A stretch of DNA of 64,000 nt from Planctomycetota bacterium (GTDB lineage: Bacteria > Planctomycetota > JAJSAM01 > JAJVHW01). Made by a program: the position numbers and the translations under genes. The notes below the pieces were generated by a model, which was given only the letters and a program-made list of their open reading frames with translations, had not been told where the DNA came from and made no database searches. Below are positions 33,874 through 44,714 of the stretch, piece by piece (the stretch's first letter is position 1; every line of letters begins with the position of its first letter). The DNA lies in assembly GCA_965248445.1 (NCBI GenBank), contig CBDFJG010000004.1:1856001-1920000 (forward strand). Direction: 5' to 3'.

Positions 33874-36800
33874 ATGGAAGTCGGCGAGACGCTCGGTCCG
33901 TACCAGCTCTTCGCGGAACTCGGTTCCGGCGGGATGGGGACCGTCTACCGCGCGGAGGGTCCCGAAGGCGTCGTGGCGCTCAAGATCGTGCGCCCGCACC
34001 TGCTCGAGGCCGACGACGCGCTACAGCGATTTCATCGCGAGGTCGAGATCGGCCGCACAGTCGATCACGCGAACGTCGTGCGGACGTACGGCGGCGGCGA
34101 GGCCGACGGCCAGCACTACCTCTCGATGGAGTTCGTGGAGGGACAGACTCTCGACGCGCTGCTCAAGGAGCTCGAACGCGTCCCCGAGGAACTCTGCCGT
34201 CACATCGCGCACGAGGTGACGCAGGGCCTTGCTGCGATCCACGCGGCCGGTGCGATTCACCGCGACATCAAACCCGAGAACGTGCTCATCACGCCCGACC
34301 ACGTCGTCAAGATCATGGATCTGGGCGTCGCGCGTTCGATGGACGATGCCGTCGCGCTCTCGCGCACCGGAATGTTCGTGGGATCGCTCTGCTACGCGAG
34401 CCCCGAGCAGTTCAAGGGCGGAGGCAAGGGACTCGACGGGCGGGCGGACCTGCACGCTCTCGGCCTGGTGCTCTACGAGCTCTCGACAGGTGTCAATCCC
34501 TACGTCGCAGACGAATTCGCGCAGGTCGTGCGCAAGGTCCTGCACGACGAGCCGCGACGACTGGGCGAGCTCAACCCGCAGGTTTCGCCGTTCTTCGAGG
34601 AGGTGGTGCACAACCTGCTGGCCAAGGGCCGCGACGAGCGTTTCCCGAACGCGGACGACCTGCTGGTGGCGCTCGAGGAGGGCGAGGACTCCGCATGGTG
34701 GCACGCGCGGGCGGCGGCACTCCGCGTCGCGACGAAGCGTCCGTTGCGCCGCATCCGCATCCCGCGTGAGACGGGCGTGTTCGGTCGCGATGCCGAGCTT
34801 GCGCAGTTGCGCGCGCTCTACGACATGGCACGCACCGGCGATGGACAGGTCGTGCTCGTCGAGGGCGAGGCGGGCATCGGCAAGACCCGCATCGTCGACG
34901 AACTCGTAGCGGCACTTCACCGCGACGACGAGGACTTCCAGTTCCTGTTCGGGTCCTATCCGCCGGGCGCGGCGGGGGCGGCCGTCGGGGCGTTCTCGAC
35001 GGCGTACCGCGAGCACTACGGCGACGAGCACCTCGAAGACGCGCTGGCCGCGCACCTTGCGGCCACACCGCGGCTGGTGCCGTCATTTGCCGCGATCCTG
35101 CGCGGCGACTCGCCGCCCGAGGGCGCGCAGCCGCTGACACCCGAGTCGTTGCCGGCAGTGTTCGTGCATGCCACGAAGGCACTGTCCGCAGAGCGCACCA
35201 CGATCGTGCTCATCGATGATTTGCACTTCGCGCAGGACGAGGGCCGCGACCTCTTCGCGGCGCTCGCGCTCGCTGCGCCGATGCAACGGACGCTGCTCAT
35301 CGGCACGACGCGGCGGGGGATATCCGAGGAGTGGGTCGGCGGACTGCTGCGCCACGGCCACACGTCGCGCATGTCGCTCGGCCGCCTCGGTGCCAAGGAC
35401 CTCACCGCACTGCTCAAGGACTCGCTGCGTTCGGATCGCCTCGCGCGGAAGCTGGGGTTCCTGGTGGCGGAGAAGTCGGACGGCAACCCGTTCTTCGTGT
35501 TCGAGATCATCCGCGGACTGCGCGAGGGGCAGTTCCTCTCGCAGCGGGCCGACGGCTCCTGGATCGCCACGCAGGAGATCGAGCAGATCGACATCCCGTC
35601 GTCGGTACTCGGCCTCGTGCAGGCACGCGTCGCGAACCTGGACGAGGAGGAGCGAGACCTGCTCGACGTCGCAGCCTGCTGCGGCTTCGACTTCGACCCG
35701 CTGCTCGTGGGGGAGATCGTGGGGCTGGGCCGCATACCGTTGCTCAAGCGGCTGGCGCAGATCGAACGAAAGCACCGGCTCGTGCGCGCGGCAGGACGCC
35801 GGTTCGTGTTCGATCACCACCAGGTGCAGGAGGCCCTGTACGGCAGTCTGCCCGAGTTGCTGCGCGAGGAGTACCACGCCGCGCTCGGCGACGCACTCGA
35901 GACGCGAGCATTGCGCGGCGGGGTGAACCCCGCGGATGTCTCGGGAGAGGTCGCGGCCGGACTGTGCGGTCACTTCTTCGACGGCGGGGCTCCCGAACGC
36001 GCGGCGCCCTACGTCCCGGCGGCATACCAGCATCTCGAGGACGGGCACCTCGGCGACACGGCAGTCGCTCTTCTGGACCGAGCGCTCTCCGCGCCCGGGC
36101 TGTTCACCGGCGGCGGGCGCGTCGACATGCGGCTGCAGCAAGCTGAGCGTTTGAGCTTGTTGGGCCGGCTTGCTGCCTCGCGTGCAGCGATCGACGAGGC
36201 GCTCGGTCTCGCGGAGAGCCTCGACGATTTGGCGCGGGTCGGTCATGCGAAGTTGGCGCTGGGCAAGCTCGTCACCCAGTCGTTGCGTTGGTCGGAGGCG
36301 TTACAGAACTACGGCGAATCCGTGGATGCCGCAAAGCGCGCGGGGGACCGCTCGCTCGAGGCCCACGGACTCACCTGGGTCGCCAGCGCGCTGAGACACC
36401 TCGGTCGGCACGCCGAGTCGCGCGAGGGGCACGAACGGAGCCGCTCGCTGGCAAGAGAGATCGGCGACCTGCGTGTGGAGGCGCAGGCCACGCTGCACTT
36501 GGGTACGCTCGTCTACTCACTGGGGGACATGACGGAGGCGGGCCGGCTCTACGAACAGTATCTCGGGATGGCGCGGGGACTGGGCGACCGCGAGATGGAG
36601 TGCACGGCGAATCAGGCACTCGGCCACATTGCGTACACGCAGGGAGACATGGACCTTGCCCGGCGCCACATCGAGCGTGCGCTTGCGCTGAGCCGGGAAC
36701 TGGGCTTGCGCCGGCACGAGGCGTTCGCCGTCGGTGACCTGGGCACGCTCCACGCGGCTCAGGGCGACTACCCCCGCGCCGCGGAGCACGTGGAGGAGTG

Positions 36801-37485
36801 TCTCGCGATGGCGCGGGAGATCGGATTGACGGGCCAGGAAGCGCGCGCGCTCAAGGAACTGGGGATGCTGACGTCGTGGCTGGGCGACCCCGCGGCGGGA
36901 CGCGAGTACCTGCTCGCCGCGCTCGAGATTCACCGCGCGACGGGATCGGGGCGCCGCGAGGCGCAGGTGCTGTGTTCGTTGGCCGAGGTCGAGGACCGCC
37001 TCGGAGAAGTCGAGAGCGCCGAAGCGCACTATGACGAGGGACTCCGGCTCTCCCGCGATGCCGACGACTCCGTCGGCATCGCCATGGCGCTGGTGGAGCG
37101 CGGACTCATGTTCGCCGGCCTGGACCGCACGGCGGAGGCGCGTGAGTCACTGACTGAGGCACGCACGCTCGCGGGCACGTTCGGGGACGACGAGTTGACG
37201 CTCCTCGCGACGACGCGCATCGCCTCGCTCCCCGGTGCCGGCAAGGACGAGATCGCAGAGGCTTGCTCGGACCTCGGCTCGACCACGGTCGAAGACCCGT
37301 GCGTCGTTCAGGCGACGTACTTCGTGTGGCTCGCGACCGAGGATCAGGCCTACCTCGCCCAGGCGCTCGAGGTGCTCGGGCGGCTCACGTCCGGAGTTCC
37401 CGACGAGCAGCGCGCGGCGATGATCAAGAGCGATCCTCTGTGGGGGAAGATCGTGGACGCGGCGACCGCTCACGGTCTCCCGTGA
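33874..37485 (+). CDS. Ser/Thr kinase - STAND NTPase - TPR protein, paralog 4
   Basis: HRDIKPEN, GEAGIGKT, LIDDLHFA, TPRs; closest to paralog 3. Confidence 0.9.
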   Translation: MEVGETLGPYQLFAELGSGGMGTVYRAEGPEGVVALKIVRPHLLEADDALQRFHREVEIGRTVDHANVVRTYGGGEADGQHYLSMEFVEGQTLDALLKELERVPEELCRHIAHEVTQGLAAIHAAGAIHRDIKPENVLITPDHVVKIMDLGVARSMDDAVALSRTGMFVGSLCYASPEQFKGGGKGLDGRADLHALGLVLYELSTGVNPYVADEFAQVVRKVLHDEPRRLGELNPQVSPFFEEVVHNLLAKGRDERFPNADDLLVALEEGEDSAWWHARAAALRVATKRPLRRIRIPRETGVFGRDAELAQLRALYDMARTGDGQVVLVEGEAGIGKTRIVDELVAALHRDDEDFQFLFGSYPPGAAGAAVGAFSTAYREHYGDEHLEDALAAHLAATPRLVPSFAAILRGDSPPEGAQPLTPESLPAVFVHATKALSAERTTIVLIDDLHFAQDEGRDLFAALALAAPMQRTLLIGTTRRGISEEWVGGLLRHGHTSRMSLGRLGAKDLTALLKDSLRSDRLARKLGFLVAEKSDGNPFFVFEIIRGLREGQFLSQRADGSWIATQEIEQIDIPSSVLGLVQARVANLDEEERDLLDVAACCGFDFDPLLVGEIVGLGRIPLLKRLAQIERKHRLVRAAGRRFVFDHHQVQEALYGSLPELLREEYHAALGDALETRALRGGVNPADVSGEVAAGLCGHFFDGGAPERAAPYVPAAYQHLEDGHLGDTAVALLDRALSAPGLFTGGGRVDMRLQQAERLSLLGRLAASRAAIDEALGLAESLDDLARVGHAKLALGKLVTQSLRWSEALQNYGESVDAAKRAGDRSLEAHGLTWVASALRHLGRHAESREGHERSRSLAREIGDLRVEAQATLHLGTLVYSLGDMTEAGRLYEQYLGMARGLGDREMECTANQALGHIAYTQGDMDLARRHIERALALSRELGLRRHEAFAVGDLGTLHAAQGDYPRAAEHVEECLAMAREIGLTGQEARALKELGMLTSWLGDPAAGREYLLAALEIHRATGSGRREAQVLCSLAEVEDRLGEVESAEAHYDEGLRLSRDADDSVGIAMALVERGLMFAGLDRTAEARESLTEARTLAGTFGDDELTLLATTRIASLPGAGKDEIAEACSDLGSTTVEDPCVVQATYFVWLATEDQAYLAQALEVLGRLTSGVPDEQRAAMIKSDPLWGKIVDAATAHGLP

Positions 37486-37509
37486 GCGGCCTCCCCCGTC
37501 GCCTCGGGG

Positions 37510-37560
37510 TCAGACCTCGTCGGCCTCCATGCGGAGCACTCTCTCGGGGCAGTTCGCGGC
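37510..37560 (-). pseudogene. 16-codon C-terminal remnant, ferredoxin-like, cut by IS66
   Basis: AANCPERVLRMEADEV* resembles the CxxxCP..L end of a 4Fe-4S domain. Confidence 0.3.
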
Positions 37561-39060
37561 GTAACCGTTCACCCCTTGACAGCGTGTGAGCCTCAGCGTG
37601 CGACGGGCAGCGGGACCATGACGGGCGGGTCGGCGCCGGTGAGGTGCGCGGCGACCGAGTCGGCGAGGAAGTCGAAGACTTGGTCGCCACGGCGTCGCAG
37701 CGTGGCCGCGGCGGTCAACACGCGCTCGGCGAAGCGGAGTCCGCGAGCGGACTGGCTTCCGAAGGAGCCCTTGCGCCAGAGCACCGCTTTGCGGACCGCG
37801 CGCTCGGCGGCGTTGTTCGTCGGACTCACGTCCTGGGTCCGCGCATAGGTGAAGAGGGCGACCACGCGGGGGCGCAGATGGTTGGCCAGAGCCGAGTCGT
37901 CGTTCGCGATCAGTCGCTCGAGCCGTCCGCGCAGCACAGCGGCTTCGCCTTGCAGCCGGTCACGGTCGCCGTGCTCACCGAAGAGCCGGTAGCTGCGCAT
38001 GACCGACTGCGCGATCATGACGCCCTTGTTGCCGAAGCGGCGATGTCCTCGCGGGCCTTCGGCCAGCGCACGGAAGGCGCGCTCGATGTGCGCCCAGCAG
38101 AGCTGGCGGCGGGCAAGTGGGTGTGACTCGTAGGCACCCATCCGGTCGCTGATCACCGTGCCACCGAAGCGCCGCCCGATCAGCCGCCCTTTCGCCTTGG
38201 CACTGCGGCGGCGATCGATCCCGAAGGCTGTGGCGTGCTCGCTCTCCGCCGCCCACAGCCAGCACACCCGGCCCCGTTCCTTCCACGACGTCTCGTCCAC
38301 GTTGGCTCGCAGCGACGTGCGGACTGCCCCGAGGGCTTCGAGGTACGACGAGTGCAGAGCGTCACTGAGCCGACGCTCACAGTCGCTGATCTTGCCCAGC
38401 GACATCTTCACACCGAAGATCTCACCGAGCAGCCGCTGCGTCTCCCGCACGCTCACGCGGTACACGCCGCGCAGCGCGCCGGCAAGTGTGGTCAGCCGCG
38501 GACCGAAGGCCCCGGTCGGCACGCCATCGGGCAGGACCGCCGTCGTGACCGCACGACAGCGCCGGCACCGCGCCTTGTGCAGCCGGTGCTCCCGCACCGT
38601 GACGAGCACGCGCGGGAGCACCGTCACCTGGTGCCGGTACGGATCGCCGATGCCCTGCTCGAGATCGTCGTGTCCGCACGCGTCGCAGCGGTCGGGACGG
38701 TGGTCCTTGGTCTCATCGACGTTGGACGGATCCACCAGCTCGCGCGCCGTGCCCTCATGGCCCGGCTGTCCGCCCTGCTTGCGACCGCTACGCGGCCTTC
38801 GGCCGCGACGGCGCTTGGACCACGCCGGGTCCGACGACGGAGGCCTCGAGCTGTTGCGGGAGTCACGCTTCAGACGCGACTCGAGCTCGTCGATGCGGCG
38901 CAGATGCTTCGCTTCGCGACGCTCCAGCTCCTCGATCCAGGCCAGAAGGCCCTCGACCATCGCCCGCAGATCCTCGTCCTGCCGCTCGCCCACAACATCT
39001 TGATCGACCGATGGCCGAACGATCTGGATCCTGGCTCGCGACGAAGGGGTGAACGGTTAC
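37561..39060 (-). mobile_element. single-ORF IS66-family element type B copy 1 (1500 bp); transposase 37593-38993
   Basis: TIR GTAACCGTTCACCCC; IS66 motifs; no TSD (flanks TTCGCGGC / CGATCTTG). Confidence 0.92.
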
Positions 39061-39640
39061 CGATCTTGCGGACGTTCACGATCTCGCGCCACACGACGTC
39101 GGCGGAGGCGTCGATCTCGATGAACGTCGCGACCGGGCGGACCTCCGACGGCAGTTCGAACTGCGCCTCGATGGCGGCGACGACGAACGGAAGCATGCAC
39201 GCCACCACCATGACCGGAGGCCGCGGCGTCTGCTTCCGCACCAGCCAGGCGGACGACAGTCCGCCGAGGCTCGCGAGCGGCAGCGCCGCTGGCAGCGCCA
39301 TCAAGATGCAGATCGCGCCCTCCCATCCGGTCGCGAACGCACCGCCCATGAACGCGAGGATGGTCAGCCACGGGAGCCAGAATCGTCGCGCCAGGCTGGG
39401 AGTCCGGATCGTGACGCCGGTGAGGAACCCCAAGACGAATGGTCCGACGATCAGGAACCCCCACGTCATCGCCTCGATCCCTCTGACGGTGCGGAATCCG
39501 GCGAGCCAGAGCATGCCGATCGCGGCCGGCAGCGCCACGCCGAGGCCGATCGACGCGACGGTCTGCCACCACCAGTCCTTGACGTTGCGCTCGGCAACCT
39601 CCGGGTCGGTGCGCCCGTCGCTCGTCACGTGTTCGGTCAC
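39061..39640 (-). pseudogene. membrane protein with SRPBCC-like domain start, 3'-truncated by IS66
   Basis: several TM segments, EGAICILMALP, VATFIEIDASADVVW, then IS end. Confidence 0.65.
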
Positions 39641-39679
39641 GCTACCGACGGTAGCGGAGCGCGGGGTCGGCGGTCGCTA

Positions 39680-39718
39680 CTCCTCCGTCACTCCGCCGTC
39701 ATTCCGCCGTCACTCCTC
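39680..39718. repeat. 11-bp tandem repeat (CTCCGCCGTCA x~3.5) overlapping the pspC-like stop
   Basis: ctcctccgtca ctccgccgtca ttccgccgtca ctcctc. Confidence 0.8.
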
Positions 39719-39904
39719 TGGGACGACCACCCAGAGGATCACGTAGACGAGGAACCCCGGAAACGCAGCGGAGAAGATCGAGCCCGCGACGGACAGGACA
39801 CGAGCCAGCGTCGGGTCCATCCCGAAGCAGTTGGCCAGGCCGCCGACCACGCCACCGAACATCCGGTCGGTCCTCGAGCGGGTGAGTGGCTTCTTCACGG
39901 CCAT
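39710..39904 (-). CDS. PspC-domain protein
   Basis: LTRSRTDRMFGGVVGGLA..FGMDPTLAR..YVILWVVVPEE. Confidence 0.88.
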   Translation of the reverse strand: MAVKKPLTRSRTDRMFGGVVGGLANCFGMDPTLARVLSVAGSIFSAAFPGFLVYVILWVVVPEE

Positions 39905-39997
39905 GGTGTTCCCGATCGCTGGAACTGCAGCGTCGCGTCGCGGTTCGCTAAGGCCGTGGGCGCTTCGGGACTCCGGCGCCTCAGGACTCCGGGCCCC

Positions 39998-41314
39998 CTA
40001 GAACTCCTCGGCTACCGGCGGCGTCGTCGACTTCTTCCAGACCATGCCCGCGCCGACGGTCATGTTCGTCTCCTCCTCGATGAGGATGAACGCGCCCGTT
40101 GCCCGGTTGTCCGCGTAGTCGTCGCAGAACACCGGGCGCTGGGTGCGGATGACCACGCGGCCGACCTCGTTCAGCGTGAGTTCGTCGGCCTCCTCGTCCC
40201 GGTGCAGCGTGTCCACGTCGATGCGGTAGCGCAGTTCGCGGACGCGAGCACGTACTTCGTTCGTCGTGTGCTTCAGCCGGTACTTCTTGCGCGGGCTCAT
40301 CTCGGAGTCGGAGAGCCAGCAGACCATGGCCTCGAACTCGTTGTCGATGCGAGGCACGTTGCCGGGCCGCACGATCATGTCGCCACGGGAGATGTCGATG
40401 TCGTCCTCGAGCGTCATGCACACCGAGAGCGGCGTCTGCGCGGTCTCGAGGTTGCCGTCGTGGTGAATGAGTTCCTTGACGTGGCTGGTCAGCCCGGACG
40501 GAAGATGCACGACCTCGTCGCCGACGGAGACCGCGCCGGACTCGATCTGCCCCATGTATCCGCGGAAGTCGTGCAGTTCGTCGGTCTGCGGACGCGACAC
40601 GAACTGCACCGGGAAGCGGAAGTCGATCAGGTTGCGGTCGCCCGACGTCTCGAGGTTCTCGATGAGGCTGAGCAACGGCCGGCCCTGGAACCACGGCATG
40701 TTCGTCCCGCGGTCCACGACGCCGTCGCCCAGGAGAGCGCTGATCGGGAGGTAGCGGATGTCGTGCACGTCGAGCTTCGCCGCCCATTCGCGGAATTCGC
40801 CCCGGATCTCCTCGAACCGCGACTCGGACCACTCCATCAGGTCCATCTTGTTGACGGCGACGATCAGGTGCGGAATGCCGAGCAGCGCCGCGATGAACGC
40901 GTGCCGCTTGGTCTGAGTCAGGATGCCGTTGCGGGCGTCCACCAGGATGATGGCCGCATCCGCGGTGCTCGCGCCCGTGACCATGTTGCGCGTGTACTGG
41001 ATGTGACCCGGCGTGTCAGCGAGGATGAAGCTGCGCTTGGGCGTCGAGAAGTACCGGTACGCGACGTCGATGGTGATGCCCTGCTCGCGCTCCGCGCGCA
41101 GTCCGTCGGTGATCAGCGCGAGGTCGACGCCCTCTTTGCCCCGCGACAGGTTCACCTCTTCGACGTGGCGCAGCTGGTCCTCGTAGACCTGTTTCGTGTC
41201 CACCAGGAGCCGTCCGATGAGCGTGGACTTTCCGTCGTCTACGCTCCCCGCCGTGGCGAGGCGCAGCAGTTCGATCTTGCGGCCGAAGATGGATGCGATT
41301 CCCTGCGTGGACAT
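39998..41314 (-). CDS. cysN: sulfate adenylyltransferase subunit 1 (no APS-kinase domain)
   Basis: GSVDDGKSTLIGRLL, DGLRAEREQGITIDVAYRYF, DTPGH, NKMD; 1-nt overlap with cysD. Confidence 0.95.
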   Translation of the reverse strand: MSTQGIASIFGRKIELLRLATAGSVDDGKSTLIGRLLVDTKQVYEDQLRHVEEVNLSRGKEGVDLALITDGLRAEREQGITIDVAYRYFSTPKRSFILADTPGHIQYTRNMVTGASTADAAIILVDARNGILTQTKRHAFIAALLGIPHLIVAVNKMDLMEWSESRFEEIRGEFREWAAKLDVHDIRYLPISALLGDGVVDRGTNMPWFQGRPLLSLIENLETSGDRNLIDFRFPVQFVSRPQTDELHDFRGYMGQIESGAVSVGDEVVHLPSGLTSHVKELIHHDGNLETAQTPLSVCMTLEDDIDISRGDMIVRPGNVPRIDNEFEAMVCWLSDSEMSPRKKYRLKHTTNEVRARVRELRYRIDVDTLHRDEEADELTLNEVGRVVIRTQRPVFCDDYADNRATGAFILIEEETNMTVGAGMVWKKSTTPPVAEEF

Positions 41315-42219
41315 CAGAAGTACCCGTCCTTCTTCTTGTCCTCCATGGAGTCGGCGCCCTGGTCGACCAGCCGCGTCTCGCGCTCGCTGCGCGTGGCCGT
41401 GAGCGCCTCGGCGACGATCTCCTCGAGCGTCGTCGCGGTGGATTCGATCGCGCCGGTGCACGTCATGCACCCGAGCGTGCGGAAGCGGCACATCACCTTG
41501 CGCGGCGTCTCCCCCGGCTGGATGAGGCGCGTCTCCTGCGCCGACAGCAGGACGCCGCCGCGCTCCACGACTTCGCGTTCCGCGGCGAAGTAGAGCGGGA
41601 CGATCTCGATCTCCTGCTCACGGATGTACTGCCAGATGTCCGCCTCGGTCCAGTTGGAGAGCGGGAACACGCGGATCGACTCGCCGTCGTGGACGCGCGT
41701 GTTGTAGATGTTCCAGAGTTCCGGCCGCTGGCTCTTGGGATCCCACGCCCCGAACTCGTCGCGGAAGCTGAACACGCGCTCCTTGGCGCGACTGCGCTCC
41801 TCCTCGCGCCGGGCGCCTCCGATCGCTGCGTCGAAGCGGTGCTTCTCGATCGCGCCCAGCAGGCCCTCCGTCTTGAGCGTCCGCGAGCAGAAGCCGCACA
41901 CCCGCGCAGGGTTCGAGAAGTCCGGGAGGTTGCAGAGCGCCTCCTCGTTCTTCTCGACGATCAGCCGGAAACCCCTCTCGGCCACCATCCGCTCCCGGAA
42001 CTCGTACATCTCCGGGAACTTCATCGTCGTGTCGACGTGCATCAACGGGAACGGGATCGGCCCGGGGTGGAACGCCTTCTCCGCAAGTCGCAGCAGGACG
42101 CTCGAGTCCTTGCCGATTGACCACAGCATCACGGGCCGCTCGAAGCATGCCGCGACCTCGCGGATGATGTGGATCGACTCGGATTCGAGCTGCTGCAGGT
42201 GACTCAATGTGTGCGGCAT
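41314..42219 (-). CDS. cysD: sulfate adenylyltransferase subunit 2
   Basis: [48 protein letters not shown]. Confidence 0.95.
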   Translation of the reverse strand: MPHTLSHLQQLESESIHIIREVAACFERPVMLWSIGKDSSVLLRLAEKAFHPGPIPFPLMHVDTTMKFPEMYEFRERMVAERGFRLIVEKNEEALCNLPDFSNPARVCGFCSRTLKTEGLLGAIEKHRFDAAIGGARREEERSRAKERVFSFRDEFGAWDPKSQRPELWNIYNTRVHDGESIRVFPLSNWTEADIWQYIREQEIEIVPLYFAAEREVVERGGVLLSAQETRLIQPGETPRKVMCRFRTLGCMTCTGAIESTATTLEEIVAEALTATRSERETRLVDQGADSMEDKKKDGYF

Positions 42220-42659
42220 GGTGGGCGCCCCGGTCTCCCTGTCCCCGCGGTCTCCCCGTCCTGACCGATGAAGGACACTGCCCACCCACACGCTCGACGC
42301 GCGGGGGACCGACCGAAGCGGCGCAGGATAGGAGATGGTCCGAACGGGGGCCTGTTGTTCCCAGGCCGACAGCGCCGGCCGCCGGTCCGCGCAGCCTCGC
42401 GCCCGCCGTCGGAGCGCCCGGTAGCCCGGCAGCGCGAACCAATCACGCGTATTCTGGGTTCATAGAGAAGGGGACGGCAGTAGCCGCCCCCGCTTACCGA
42501 TCTACGAGACGGTCGCGCCACCAGCGAGGAGGAGCGGGCCCTGCGGCCGGGCCCCGACGAATGCGGAGAGACGGACATCACCTGGGAGGAGACCGGCTGG
42601 GGAGCCGCGTCGCACCGAGCCCAGGACGACGTCCGCGCCGTCCAGGTCGACATCCGCGA

Positions 42660-43811
42660 ATGGCGCTCGTGCTCCCGGGCGGCGGCGCCCGCGCCGCTTA
42701 TCAGGTCGGCTTCCTGCACGAACTCGTGCGACGCGTTCCCGACGTCCGCTTCGACGTCCTGCACGGCATCTCGGCCGGTGCAGTGAACGCGACGTTCCTC
42801 GCCAATCACGAGGGCAGCCTCGCCGATGCCGTGTCGGACCTCCGCGAGTTCTGGCTCGGACTGCGCTCCGAGGACGTGTTCCGCACCGACCCCGCCGCGC
42901 TCGCAAAGAGCGTGATCGCCTGGGCGGCTCGCCTCTTCTCGGGCGGAGCCGTGCGTCACCGCGCCCCCCGCGGGCTCGTGGATACGCGGCCGCTGCGCCG
43001 ACTGTTGCGCCGAGTGCTCGGCGCCGACTCGCGCGGCCGCTTGCCCGGCATCGAGGCGAATCTTGAAGCCGGCCGGCTGCGCGCCCTGGCTGTCACCGCG
43101 TCGAGCTACGCGGGCGATGGCTCCGTGACGTTCGTCGAGGGCGATCGCATCGCGACCTGGGCACGGCGGGGGCGGCGTGCCGTCCGCGCGCGCATCACCG
43201 TCGACCACGTGATGGCGTCGGCAGCCCTGCCTCTCGTGTTCCCGCCCGTCCGCGTCGGCGGGCACTGGTACGGGGACGGCGGCGTGCGGCTTTCCGCGCC
43301 ACTCTCCCCCGCCGTGCACCTGGGCGCAGACCGCATCCTCGCCATCACCACCAACGACGCCAGCCCTCCGCGTCACGCCGCTTCCTCGCGCCCGCCCTCC
43401 CCGGCGAGCGTGGCGGGGCAGACGCTCGACGCCGTTTTCCTCGACCTCCTCGAGCAGGACGCCCGCAGGATCGAGGTCGTGAACCGGCTCCTGGCCGCTG
43501 CGCCCCGTGAAGCGAGCGGGGGCCTGCGACCCGTGGAGCTCGTGGTGGCCCGGCCCCGCTCGGACCTGGCGGCAGCCGCCCGCGAACACGAGCGCAGCTC
43601 GCCCGAGCCGTTCCGCTTCCTCAGCCGCGGCTGGGGCACCGGCGAGGGCAAGAGCGGAGACGTTCTCTCCCTCCTGCTCTTCGAACGCGACTACATCGAG
43701 CAGCTGCTCGAAGCGGGCGCCCGCGACGCAGCGGCGCGTACGGACGAGATGGCGTTGCTGTTCCGCGGCGCGGAGCCGGAGACCGGCCGGGGCGCGGGGG
43801 CGGCCGCTTAG
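42660..43811 (+). CDS. patatin-like phospholipase
   Basis: GGGARAAYQ, GISAG, DGG; start uncertain (alternative ATG 42561). Confidence 0.88.
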   Translation: MALVLPGGGARAAYQVGFLHELVRRVPDVRFDVLHGISAGAVNATFLANHEGSLADAVSDLREFWLGLRSEDVFRTDPAALAKSVIAWAARLFSGGAVRHRAPRGLVDTRPLRRLLRRVLGADSRGRLPGIEANLEAGRLRALAVTASSYAGDGSVTFVEGDRIATWARRGRRAVRARITVDHVMASAALPLVFPPVRVGGHWYGDGGVRLSAPLSPAVHLGADRILAITTNDASPPRHAASSRPPSPASVAGQTLDAVFLDLLEQDARRIEVVNRLLAAAPREASGGLRPVELVVARPRSDLAAAAREHERSSPEPFRFLSRGWGTGEGKSGDVLSLLLFERDYIEQLLEAGARDAAARTDEMALLFRGAEPETGRGAGAAA

Positions 43812-43840
43812 CGTCTTGGCCCGGCGGTAGCCTCGCCGAT

Positions 43841-44674
43841 GTGACCGTGAACCGGCCCCTCGACGCGACCCCGTTGCGGGCCCGCCTGCACGAGATCATC
43901 TTCGAGTCCGACACGCAGTCGGGGAAGTGGTTCGACGTCGGCCTCATGGTCGCTATCGGCCTGAGCGTCATCGTCGTGATGCTTGACTCCGTGCCGTCCG
44001 CACATGCGCAGTACGAGCCGGAACTCGCCGTCGCGGAGTGGTTCTTCACGGTCCTCTTCACCATCGAGTACGTGCTGCGGCTGTACTGCGTGGGCAAGCC
44101 GCTGCGCTACGCAACAAGCTTCTTCGGGATCGTGGATCTGCTCGCCATCGTGCCCACACCGCTCAGCGCGCTGTTCCCGCGCGCGGGCGCACTGTCGGTC
44201 GTGCGCACCCTGCGCATCCTGCGCGTGTTCCGCGTGCTCAAGCTGGTGCACTACCTGCACGAGTTGCGGGAGCTCGGCGCGGCGCTGCACGCGAGCCGCC
44301 GCAAGATCACGGTGTTCCTTTGCGCGGTGCTGACGATCGCCGTGATCCTCGGCTCGCTGATGTACGTCATCGAGGGCCACAACCCCGGAACGCGCTTCTC
44401 CAGCATCCCGCAGAGCGTGTACTGGGCGATCGTCACACTGACGACGGTGGGCTACGGCGACCTTTCTCCAGACACCCCGCTGGGCAAGGCCATGGCGTCG
44501 GTCATCATGATCCTGGGCTACAGCATCCTCGCTGTGCCGACAGGGATCATCTCCGTCGAGATCGCCCGCGTGAGCGACCGCGAGAGCGTCTCCGGACAGG
44601 CGTGCCCGGAGTGCTCCGGTGAAAGCCACGCGATCGACGCGAAGCACTGCAAGTACTGCGGAGCGCGACTCTGA
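43841..44674 (+). CDS. 6-TM K+ channel / ion transporter with C-terminal zinc ribbon
   Basis: S4 RTLRILRVFRVLK; filter TTVGYGD; CPEC..CKYC. Confidence 0.92.
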   Translation: MTVNRPLDATPLRARLHEIIFESDTQSGKWFDVGLMVAIGLSVIVVMLDSVPSAHAQYEPELAVAEWFFTVLFTIEYVLRLYCVGKPLRYATSFFGIVDLLAIVPTPLSALFPRAGALSVVRTLRILRVFRVLKLVHYLHELRELGAALHASRRKITVFLCAVLTIAVILGSLMYVIEGHNPGTRFSSIPQSVYWAIVTLTTVGYGDLSPDTPLGKAMASVIMILGYSILAVPTGIISVEIARVSDRESVSGQACPECSGESHAIDAKHCKYCGARL

Positions 44675-44714
44675 CCGGTTGGAACAGCTACTCTCCAAGT
44701 CCTAGGAGAGCCAC

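Noticed and set aside
22918..37485. Pseudokinase status because DFG is DLG
   Set aside because: The catalytic Lys, HRD and Mg-binding Asp are retained, and DLG occurs in active kinases
39629..41593. Long antisense ORFs (e.g. 39629-41593, 6457-8322, 23500-25323, 402-1877, 62878-63888)
   Set aside because: Shadow frames of real genes, expected in high-GC DNA; no motifs
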